Part shown: one piece after another, positions 56,015-64,000 of the stretch | Layout: the number at the start of each line of letters is the position of its first letter | Numbering within the stretch: position 1 is the first letter of the stretch | Origin: Candidatus Poribacteria bacterium | Lineage (GTDB): Bacteria > Poribacteria > WGA-4E > WGA-3G | Direction: 5' to 3' | Assembly: GCA_965205015.1 (NCBI GenBank) | Contig: OZ242029.1 | Location: 5,568,001-5,632,000 of the forward strand | Length of the DNA: 64,000 nucleotides | Translations under genes and position numbers: made by a program | The notes under the pieces: generated by a model | The model's input: only the letters and a program-made list of their open reading frames with translations | The model's database searches: none | What the model was told of the DNA's origin: nothing

Positions 56015-59000
56015 ATGCGACTTTTAATATCACTCACCCTTATTTCCCTTATCGTTGGCACTTCTGTGTTCGCGGACCCATGGTTGTGCGGGACACCCCT
56101 CCTGCATCAAGAACACATCAACCAACTCCCCCTTGAAGAGATTCCCGCGGCACCCGCGGCACCTGTTCAGATTGGACAGGTAGAGCGATTCTTTATTCAT
56201 ATTCCTGAGACAGAGATAATGGCCACCTGTATTGCCAAGAGCGAACACCTCTATGTCTATGTCGACAATTCCCTGCGCGATCTGTTCACGGATGCCGAAG
56301 CTGCTGCCGTCGCAAGAGAATTCGACAACCGCATCTATCCAGACGTTCGAAAATGGATGGGAACGGAATGGAAACCCGGAATCGACAGGGACAACCGCAT
56401 CACATTGCTGATGCACGATGTCGGTATGAACCAATCTGGGAAGGACTACGGTGGATATTTCGCACCGGCCGATCAGTTGCCGACATTGCCAAATAGCAAC
56501 CGCCGTGAAATGCTCTATATGGACGTTTTTCAGTTCAGAGAACGAGATCGACATACTTTTTATAGCAGTCTCGCACACGAATTCGCACATCTCATCAATT
56601 GGTTCCAGAACGGCGGGACGACTGACCAGCGGTGGTTAGAGGAAGGCACTGCGAGCTTTGTCGAATGGGCGGTTTACGGCACTGTGCATAACATCTTTGT
56701 CGATGGTTATCTGGCAAACCCCAGTGTTTCGCTTGCCTATACAAACACACCGGATGTGTATTACGGCGGTGCCTTTATGCTCATGCTCTACCTCTATGAA
56801 CAGTATGGAGGACCGGAATTCATTCGCCGTATTATAGAGACGGACGCACTCGGTGAACACGCGATTGACGCTGCCTTGGAAGATGGCGGAAGAAGTGACA
56901 GATTCCCCGAAGTCTTCCTAAAATGGGGGCTTGCGAATTGGGTGAATACACAGGCGCAAAACAAACAACTCGGCTACGCGTCCCTACGGGACCGAAAGGT
57001 AAGTGCTATAACACCACGCGTCCGCAGTTACCCGAACGAGGCAAATAATATTCCCATCGACCAATGGAGTGCACACTATATTGTTTTTCAGAACCTACCT
57101 AAAACCTTGGATCTATCCGTGATCGGCAACGGCTCAGGAAACCTCTACGCGACAACCCTTTATCTGCCGTCCAACGGACGTCCAGTCGTTACACCCATCC
57201 CATTTAACACGAAAAACAGAGGACATTTGCGCCGTGAAGGGCTCCTGCGCGACGGTGAGATTGTGCTAATGGTAACCGCGGATGTTCCACAGACCTTCCG
57301 CTATGTCGCGGTGGATTTGCCCGCCGCCAACAACGCTGATGGAGTAGATGCGCCACGACAACGTGTGTCGGATACTGCACCTGACGCTGTAACCTACGCC
57401 CTCGGCAATCTCACCCAACCGAGTGCTTCGCTCGCGAAACTTACACCGGAAACGCAACTTGAACCGAGAGCGCAAATCCATCTTGCCAGTGATTATATCG
57501 ATATTGTAATCGGGGGTCCGAATGCCTCTCATCTTTACGCGGCGAGTGATTGGGGGCTCGAAATCTTCACGTTGATAGAACCGACACAACCCGTCCGAAT
57601 CGGTGAGATTGCCACGCCGGGTAGGGCACGATCTATTGCTGTTGAGGGCAACACCGCTTACGTCGCTGACGGTACTGCAGGCGTACAGGTCATTGATATC
57701 GCAGTCCCGAGCAAACCGAGTCTTGTAAAGACGCTCGGAGGGTTCACGAATGCCCACAGAGTTCGAGTCGCCGATGACAAACTATACGCACTCGACCATG
57801 AGCGTGGCATGCTTGTTTTCAATTTACCGGATGTCCACAACATGCAAATCCCGAGACCCCGACGTTTCTTTCGCACTGCAGGCACACCGATCAATGTTAC
57901 CATTCACAACGATACTGTCTATTTCAGTGATGACAGACACGGACTTCTTATTCTCAAGCCAAGTCCATTCGGTGATTTTGTTGTGCGCAGCGTTGTGCCA
58001 ATTTTAGCCACTGCCCATCAGGTCGAAGAAACAGGCGGGACGATCCACGCCTATGTCGCCTCAGGCAACCTCATCTTGGTGGATGTTACGGATGACCAAA
58101 ACCCGGAAATAGATTTTCGCCTTAATACGCCAGGACTCACAACAGGTATTCAATTCCGGAACAACACCGTCTATCTTACAGACAGACAAGCAGGACTTCA
58201 TGTTATCAACGTGCGTAACCCCCAACAGCCGCGGCGCATTTCTACACAATCTACATTTGGCAATGCAACCGAGATCGTCCTCAGAGATACACTCGCTTAT
58301 GTCGCTGATGGAAAGGGCGGAATTCAAACAATAGACATCAGCGAATCAGAATCGCCGAAATGGTTACATCGGTACGCCTCCGGGGGCGCAGCTTATGGAC
58401 TTGACGTTGTTGAAACAGACACAGGGGACCGGACTGTCTACGTCGCAAACGGTGTAGGTGGATTGAAAACCCTCGAATTTACGACCCCTTATCACGGCAC
58501 TGTGACCAAAAAACTGCCGCTGCCTACGAATATCATCACCACTAACAACCAGTTTGAGGCTGCCAACTGCACTAAAATTCGCGTCCAAGACGGTCACGGA
58601 TTTGTTGCCACTGAGACTGGAATGTATGTTGTTAATCTTGCCACAGATACGATTGCAGCGCATATTCCGACAACTTCGCCTGTTTCGGACATCGCGTTAC
58701 ACGAAGGCTACGCCTATCTCTGTGCAGGATCCCTAATTGTTGTTGATAGCCGAGTCCCTCAGCAAAGCAGAATCGTATCCAAACGCGACATGCCAGGGAG
58801 CGCTTATCGCGTTGTCGTTGATGCAAATCCACCCGCACACGCGTATGTTGCCGCTCTTGAAGGCGGATTGCAGATATTCGACCTTACAGGATTGGCGGTC
58901 CCGCGTCTGGTCGGAAATCACGCCACACAAGGAAATGCAACAGGCATCGCGCTCGCGGATGAACGTGCGTATCTATTGGACAGTAGCATCGGTGTGGCAG

Positions 59001-59602
59001 TGCTTGATGTGTCTGAACCGAACAACCCGCAGTTGCAAGACGCATACGATAACGACGTCCTCCCTATCGATGTGAAAGTAAACGCAACCTCTCTCTATCT
59101 ACTCGATAGCAATAGCGTTCAAGTAATTGACACACGCACGTTGACAGCCACTTCCAGCTTTCGTGGACTCAGGTTCCCTTTTGAATTGCAGCTGGTAGGG
59201 AGTACCCTCTATGTGGCGGATCTGTACCAACTTCGTATCTTCCGTGTGCACCCAGAAGGTTACTCGCTTGCTGTGGAAGACCCCGCGCAATCCGACTGGA
59301 TTCCCAACGCCGTTAAGCCTACGTTAGTCAACCGTTTAAGCCAAAATTTTCCTAACCCATTTAACCCAGAGACATGGATCCCGTATCAACTCGCCTCAGA
59401 TACGAACGTGTCCCTTCATATTTATGACGCTCAAGGGCGGCGTATCTATTTTAAAGCACTTGGCTACCGCAAGGCAGGTTCACACACCGTTCATTGGGAC
59501 GGTCGCAACGCTGCCGGTGAATCTGTCGCGAGCGGTGTATATTTTTATACAATTCACACTGGAACTTTCCATGCGACTCGGAAAATGCTCATCAAAAGGT
59601 GA
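56015..59602 (+). CDS. Secreted metallopeptidase (HExxH, M30/immune-inhibitor-like) with LVIVD repeats and FlgD-Ig/T9SS-like C-terminal domain
   Basis: Signal peptide, CGT, LAHEFAHLI...WLEEG, many AYVADG..G.Q.ID repeats, QNFPNPFNPETWIPYQL...WDGRN..GE.VASGVYFY. Confidence 0.85.
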   Translation: MRLLISLTLISLIVGTSVFADPWLCGTPLLHQEHINQLPLEEIPAAPAAPVQIGQVERFFIHIPETEIMATCIAKSEHLYVYVDNSLRDLFTDAEAAAVAREFDNRIYPDVRKWMGTEWKPGIDRDNRITLLMHDVGMNQSGKDYGGYFAPADQLPTLPNSNRREMLYMDVFQFRERDRHTFYSSLAHEFAHLINWFQNGGTTDQRWLEEGTASFVEWAVYGTVHNIFVDGYLANPSVSLAYTNTPDVYYGGAFMLMLYLYEQYGGPEFIRRIIETDALGEHAIDAALEDGGRSDRFPEVFLKWGLANWVNTQAQNKQLGYASLRDRKVSAITPRVRSYPNEANNIPIDQWSAHYIVFQNLPKTLDLSVIGNGSGNLYATTLYLPSNGRPVVTPIPFNTKNRGHLRREGLLRDGEIVLMVTADVPQTFRYVAVDLPAANNADGVDAPRQRVSDTAPDAVTYALGNLTQPSASLAKLTPETQLEPRAQIHLASDYIDIVIGGPNASHLYAASDWGLEIFTLIEPTQPVRIGEIATPGRARSIAVEGNTAYVADGTAGVQVIDIAVPSKPSLVKTLGGFTNAHRVRVADDKLYALDHERGMLVFNLPDVHNMQIPRPRRFFRTAGTPINVTIHNDTVYFSDDRHGLLILKPSPFGDFVVRSVVPILATAHQVEETGGTIHAYVASGNLILVDVTDDQNPEIDFRLNTPGLTTGIQFRNNTVYLTDRQAGLHVINVRNPQQPRRISTQSTFGNATEIVLRDTLAYVADGKGGIQTIDISESESPKWLHRYASGGAAYGLDVVETDTGDRTVYVANGVGGLKTLEFTTPYHGTVTKKLPLPTNIITTNNQFEAANCTKIRVQDGHGFVATETGMYVVNLATDTIAAHIPTTSPVSDIALHEGYAYLCAGSLIVVDSRVPQQSRIVSKRDMPGSAYRVVVDANPPAHAYVAALEGGLQIFDLTGLAVPRLVGNHATQGNATGIALADERAYLLDSSIGVAVLDVSEPNNPQLQDAYDNDVLPIDVKVNATSLYLLDSNSVQVIDTRTLTATSSFRGLRFPFELQLVGSTLYVADLYQLRIFRVHPEGYSLAVEDPAQSDWIPNAVKPTLVNRLSQNFPNPFNPETWIPYQLASDTNVSLHIYDAQGRRIYFKALGYRKAGSHTVHWDGRNAAGESVASGVYFYTIHTGTFHATRKMLIKR

Positions 59603-59680
59603 ATCTTCTACACTTGCTTCGGGCAATTGTTGTGGCGTAGAAAACCCTCCGAATCTTTGGACACACGTCCCAAACAACGA

Positions 59681-59715
59681 AAAAAATTTTGTAACCCCAA
59701 CGGACAAAAGGCGTT
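59681..59715 (+). promoter_or_regulatory. Putative ECF promoter (aaaaaatttTGTAAC-N16-CGTT) upstream of the GrpE-like gene
   Basis: Same A-tract, TGnAAC and 16-nt spacer as the sigma gene's own upstream motif. Confidence 0.45.
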
Positions 59716-59770
59716 GAATTATTTAGTTTGATACGATATTACTAAATTCTTGTTCGGTCTTAATTATATA

Positions 59771-59864
59771 CAGAACTTACGCAGCATCCTTTGCTGGGCG
59801 AGGTTTGAAACCTCAACAGCGGCGTGTGGGCCGTAGGTCTTCCATAGAAATTGCGTAAGTCCTA
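59771..59864 (-). mobile_element. Second copy of the ~93-bp MITE, 5-bp TSD ATATA
   Basis: cagaacttacgca...tgcgtaagtccta with ATATA at 59766-70 and 59865-69. Its reverse complement aligns to 45870-45962 with few differences. Confidence 0.8.
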
Positions 59865-59903
59865 ATATACCTACGGTGAGAGATTTGCGAAGAGGAGCAT
59901 AAC

Positions 59904-61484
59904 ATGTCCAAGAACAGCGTAACAGGTCGTTTTCGAGATATTGAGATAGCATTTAGTATTGAAGGCTCCTGTACCTATATGAGTATCCGGAATCTGATCA
60001 ACGACGAAAGACACGTGCGGTTAATGTATCAGAAATTAGCCATGAGTGGACTCGCTAATTGGAGGCAGTTCCAGTTAACCAGTACACCTGTCTTGCTGCG
60101 CCTCCCAGCGGAGGTCCTCGAAGCCCATCGACTCACCTTTTTTATTGATAACACGGAACCTATTTCTGCGCGTGTTGAAAAAATAGTGACGGAATTGGAT
60201 CAACTCAAAGCGAAGTTGGCAGCAGAAGATTTAGGAGATGACCTCGTACCTGTAGACGACCCAGCCCCCTTGAAGAACCACAGTAACGTAGACGCACACA
60301 CCCATCTCGAGTCTGAGACTACGACAACACAACACGTTAAAAAAGGAGTCGTTCCCCCCAGGCCCAAAACAATAGAAGAACACCTTGAAAAAGCAGTCGC
60401 TCCGCCAGCACCCGAACCCATAGAAGAACCCGTCACTCCGAGTGATCCCGAAGCAGATACAGTGGAATCGGAACAACTGATCCACCCTGAAAAAGAACAA
60501 GACCTGACGGAAGAATCCTCGTCCATACGTATGATTCCCAAATTACCCGCAGTCCCCGTAGACCCTACGCTTGAGTTTAAAATCAAAATTCCATCTCTGC
60601 CAGTAAGCGCACTGGCAAAGCAGCAGAAATCGCAGGCGACTACAGAACCTAATGCCGGCAGTGCCGATTCAAAACAGAATAGGAAAGGTATCTTTGGTCA
60701 GTTTGCTCAAGCATTAGGACTTTCCGCCAACGGAAGACGCGGCAAGGCTTACTATCAAGAAAGAAGCGAAGCGATTCAAGACGAATTTCAAGATAAACTC
60801 TCTAAGTTAGAAAGGGATTACAATGAAGGCTACGGGCTCAATCTCACGCATTGGGATATGGAAACGCTCTGTGAAGAGGAAATCGCAATTTTGCTGCTTA
60901 ACCTTATGGTGGCTGAGGTGATCGCATGGGAGAAAAATGTAGGGCGTAGTACCCCTGAAGCCAAGCAGCTGGGTGAAATCCTCACTGAGGTCGGCATGCG
61001 ACTCAGACAGACACTCAAACAGACGCGTGGTATTTCTACGCCTGCACCCACATTGTTCCCGGATCTCCTCGCCGAAAACGCGCGCGATTTGGAGAAAATT
61101 CAGAGTGAGTGTGACGCCTATCTCAAACGTTTCACGAAAAAGTTAACCGATCAGGAAAAGAAACACGCAGCGAAAATTGAAGTGATCGTTTTCAGGAAGT
61201 TTCTCATCGAGTTCGTCCGCGATTTTCTTTTCGTTGAGATTGCCAAAAATACGAACGGTAACGCGTTACCTAAACGGCTCACTTGGTTTTTAGATCTCGT
61301 TGATTCCGAAGTCATTCCGATTGAAATCGGGACAACGAAAGTATCAACTAACCACCACAAGGTAAAAGGCGCCTGCGCCAGTGAATTCGAGTCAGGAACC
61401 ATCGTTGAGGTCGTCACACCAGGCTTGCAATCCAAGGATGGAAAACGGGTCAGTCAAATGGCTGTTGTTATTGAAGCGGAGTAG
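59904..61484 (+). CDS. Hypothetical protein with Pro/Glu-rich linker, coiled coils and C-terminal GrpE-like beta domain
   Basis: C-terminus PIEIG......HHKV.......ESGTIVEVVTPGL.......QMAVV resembles the GrpE head. RBS GAGGAG. Confidence 0.65.
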   Translation: MSKNSVTGRFRDIEIAFSIEGSCTYMSIRNLINDERHVRLMYQKLAMSGLANWRQFQLTSTPVLLRLPAEVLEAHRLTFFIDNTEPISARVEKIVTELDQLKAKLAAEDLGDDLVPVDDPAPLKNHSNVDAHTHLESETTTTQHVKKGVVPPRPKTIEEHLEKAVAPPAPEPIEEPVTPSDPEADTVESEQLIHPEKEQDLTEESSSIRMIPKLPAVPVDPTLEFKIKIPSLPVSALAKQQKSQATTEPNAGSADSKQNRKGIFGQFAQALGLSANGRRGKAYYQERSEAIQDEFQDKLSKLERDYNEGYGLNLTHWDMETLCEEEIAILLLNLMVAEVIAWEKNVGRSTPEAKQLGEILTEVGMRLRQTLKQTRGISTPAPTLFPDLLAENARDLEKIQSECDAYLKRFTKKLTDQEKKHAAKIEVIVFRKFLIEFVRDFLFVEIAKNTNGNALPKRLTWFLDLVDSEVIPIEIGTTKVSTNHHKVKGACASEFESGTIVEVVTPGLQSKDGKRVSQMAVVIEAE

Positions 61485-61488
61485 AGAC

Positions 61489-62502
61489 ATGAAAATCGGT
61501 GAGGACTTAATTCAGAAAGTTTTACAGATACCACAAGTGGACCTCGGCCACTTTCCAACACCGCTTGAGGAATGCCCACGACTCTCTGAGGCACTTAACG
61601 GTCCACGGATTTTCATGAAACGCGAAGACTGCTCGGGTCTGGCATTTGGTGGGAACAAGGTCCGACAGCTTACCTTCACCCTTGGTGATGCTGTTGCACA
61701 AGGCGCCGATACGATTGTTCATGGCGCGGCATCACAATCCAATCACTGTAGACAAGCCGCCGCCGCTTGCGGTAAACTCGGACTCAACTGCTACTTGCGT
61801 CTCGCACGGGACCACAAGAGTATCGTTCAAGGCAACCTTCTGTTAGATAACTTAGCAGGTGCCGAAGTCGAAGTTGTCGATGTCCCATTCGGTCCCGAAT
61901 TAGATGCCGTAAAATACGAACTGGCGGAAGATCTTAAGAAACAAGGTCTGAAACCTTATGTCGTCGCTTCCCCGCGGTCCACTGCCCTTGCCGCCGTTGC
62001 TTTCACATGGTGCATCGCCGAAATTGCCCAACAGCAAGAACAGTTGGGTATTGATGCCGATTGGATTTATACCGCTTCCGTAGGCGGTACACAGGCAGGT
62101 CTGGTCCTCGGCACCAAAACGCTTGGGCTGAAAATGAAACCCTTCGGTATTGCCCCCATTGTTTGGGAAAATAAACTTGAGCGGTTGAGTGGTGCTGCAA
62201 ATAGTGCCGCCGACCTGTTAGGAGTCGACACCCGCGTTACCGAAGCAGATATCCAAAACACAGATGACTACATCGGAGAGGCTTACGGCTATCTCACACC
62301 AGAATGTATTGATGCCCTCAAACTCGTCGCCAAAACGGAGGGTATCTTCCTTGACCCCGTCTACACCGCCAAAGCGATGGCATGCCTCATTGACCACATC
62401 CAAAAGGGCAAACTCGGACGCGACGACACTGTCATCTTCCTGCACACTGGCGGTACCCCGGCACTCTTTGCATACCATGAGGAATTAGTCGCCGATCTGT
62501 AG
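61489..62502 (+). CDS. D-cysteine desulfhydrase / ACC deaminase family PLP enzyme
   Basis: FPTPLE...RLS, KREDCSGLAFGGNKVRQL, QSNHCR, GGTQAGL, EGIFLDPVYTAKAM, FLHTGG.P. Confidence 0.92.
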   Translation: MKIGEDLIQKVLQIPQVDLGHFPTPLEECPRLSEALNGPRIFMKREDCSGLAFGGNKVRQLTFTLGDAVAQGADTIVHGAASQSNHCRQAAAACGKLGLNCYLRLARDHKSIVQGNLLLDNLAGAEVEVVDVPFGPELDAVKYELAEDLKKQGLKPYVVASPRSTALAAVAFTWCIAEIAQQQEQLGIDADWIYTASVGGTQAGLVLGTKTLGLKMKPFGIAPIVWENKLERLSGAANSAADLLGVDTRVTEADIQNTDDYIGEAYGYLTPECIDALKLVAKTEGIFLDPVYTAKAMACLIDHIQKGKLGRDDTVIFLHTGGTPALFAYHEELVADL

Positions 62503-62610
62503 TCTCAATCTTCCATCCTTACAGTGCTGCTGGAAAATAGTGAGAACCCTCCTCATCAACTTCTACTTGACGATGAAATGCCCGGCACTTTTTTAGTAAA
62601 ACCTTAAAAC

Positions 62611-62760
62611 ATGTCCTATATACGCTGCTCTCATGATAATCACTATAAATTTAGAAGCCGAATAACCGAATCAAATATTGAACGGTTTCGTTATGATAGC
62701 CTGATAAATGGCTTACCTCACGATGTTAAGGTCTATTATGATATACTTTATAGTGAGTAA
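62611..62760 (+). pseudogene. 49-aa ORF sharing its N-terminus (YIxCSHDNHYK) with the methyltransferase at 63210
   Basis: Hand translation MSYIRCSHDNHYKFRSRITESNIERF...; DNA gataatcactataaa is repeated near 63234. Confidence 0.5.
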
Positions 62761-62768
62761 AGCGGAAA

Positions 62769-63188
62769 GTGAACCTTGATATGCACATTGGTGAATTGCC
62801 AAAGTGGTTAAAGGTAGTGAGCGAAAAATTACAGAAAGAGGGTCACACACCCGAAGTTGCAGATCAGGTGATTGTCAATGAATACCTGCCAGGACAAGGG
62901 ATTTCGAGCCACATTGATTGTGAACCCTGTTTTAAGGATACGATTGTCTCCTTGAGTTTAGGGTCGGGTTGTGTGATGAACCTCACCAAGGCATCTGACA
63001 AAACGAAAAAGATTCCCATCTGGCTTGAACCGAGAAGTCTTGTCGTCCTGAGTGGTGAGGCGAGATCCGAATGGCTGCATGGTATTGCTGCCAGAAAATG
63101 GGATGAGTGGAATGGTCAGAAGCATGAGAGAAAGCGACGGGTATCGCTAACATTTAGGAAGGTTATTATAGAAACAACGAAAAACTAA
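62769..63188 (+). pseudogene. AlkB-like 2OG-Fe(II) dioxygenase, apparently N-terminally truncated
   Basis: DQVIVNEYLPGQGISSHID, SLSLGS, W.HGI, RxSLTFR. Lacks the usual N-terminal segment with R.VQHYG. Confidence 0.7.
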
Positions 63189-63209
63189 AGAGAGAAGGAT
63201 CCTCAACGT

Positions 63210-64000
63210 TTGCCTTACATATATTGCTCCCACGATAATCACTATAAACCCAGTGAAAGCCTAAAGCATCTGTTTGAAGAACTCATCGAAAAACCCTTTG
63301 AACACGATCTACCGGCACTCTCGGAAGACGTTAAAAATAACAGAATATACTACTGGGAAGATATCGCGCGCATTCTCAGCCAAGGACAGAGCGACTTTGA
63401 TGAAACATCTTATGATAAACCCTCCAATGAATATTATTTCCCAAAAGACAAGGTATCTATCTATTGTGTCCATCACATGCCGAGGCATCTTTTTGGCTCT
63501 TACCACATCTTTACGAATTGCCTCACACCGATAAGCAAAAAGAATAGAGTCGTGTTCATCGACTTCGGTTGCGGTCCCCTAACTTCAGGTATCGCTTTTC
63601 GAGCGTTTGCAGGAGAGTGCGACATCACTTACCTCGGAATTGATAGTTCGCAAACGATGCTTCATAAAGCAGAAGCAATCAACACATACGGTCCCAACAC
63701 GTATAGAGAACCTTTCTTTGACAAAATTGCGTTAATTCGCGACGCCGATGCTTTGCCCCGATTACTGGACAGATATATCGAAAAGGGGGATAGGACACAG
63801 ATTATATTTAATTTCTGCTATTTTTTCTCGAGTCCGACATTAGACATTGATGGCTTATCCGATGTACTCCTCCAGATGATGACAGCATACACTCAGCATA
63901 AACTATGTTTTATATACCAAAATCCCGATCATCGACCGTTGTCCGGTGCCCGTCGTTTGAAATTGTATGGCAAGTGGGAAAAACTTAAAACGAATCTTTC
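63210..64000 (+). CDS. Class I SAM-dependent methyltransferase-like protein (runs off the window end)
   Basis: Not in the ORF track. Frame open from TTG 63210: MPYIYCSHDNHYKP...HMPRHLF...VFIDFGCGPLTSG...YLGIDSSQTM. Confidence 0.75.
   Translation, partial: MPYIYCSHDNHYKPSESLKHLFEELIEKPFEHDLPALSEDVKNNRIYYWEDIARILSQGQSDFDETSYDKPSNEYYFPKDKVSIYCVHHMPRHLFGSYHIFTNCLTPISKKNRVVFIDFGCGPLTSGIAFRAFAGECDITYLGIDSSQTMLHKAEAINTYGPNTYREPFFDKIALIRDADALPRLLDRYIEKGDRTQIIFNFCYFFSSPTLDIDGLSDVLLQMMTAYTQHKLCFIYQNPDHRPLSGARRLKLYGKWEKLKTNL

Noticed and set aside
63274-63534. 86-aa tracked ORF near the window end
   Set aside because: It is an alternate frame within the longer methyltransferase-like ORF starting at 63210.

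Overview
This is a bacterial window of about 50% GC by eye. The gene content points to Candidatus Poribacteria or a close relative (inference): many Gfo/Idh/MocA and PhyH enzymes, an FGE-sulfatase/sialidase fusion, kelch, PD40, TPR and LVIVD repeat proteins, a C-terminal 'KLxTxWGxLK' tail and an 'NPFNPETWIPYQL' C-terminal domain. Housekeeping genes are coaD, recX, alaS, gatA, gatC, pcrA, uvrA, ctpA and larB. The inositol genes iolG/iolE and iolA flank an AT-richer defence islet: a toxin-antitoxin (TA) pair, two tandem BsaWI-like endonuclease paralogues with one N4-C methyltransferase, and two TPR proteins. HicAB and VapBC modules sit around uvrA. Features the ORF track misses or splits: (1) a PrdB/GrdB-like selenoprotein split at an in-frame TGA (UxxC) with a SECIS-like hairpin; (2) nested small repeats, namely GTAG-type REPs (several inside coding sequences), a module found inside REPs, and a ~93-bp MITE with 5-bp target duplications; (3) three SigW-like ECF promoter matches around an ECF sigma/anti-sigma/His-less HtrA operon; (4) a probable MNT-HEPN deletion remnant and a rearranged AlkB/methyltransferase locus. 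No rRNA, tRNA or CRISPR array was seen. All calls come from reading the sequence; no database searches were run.
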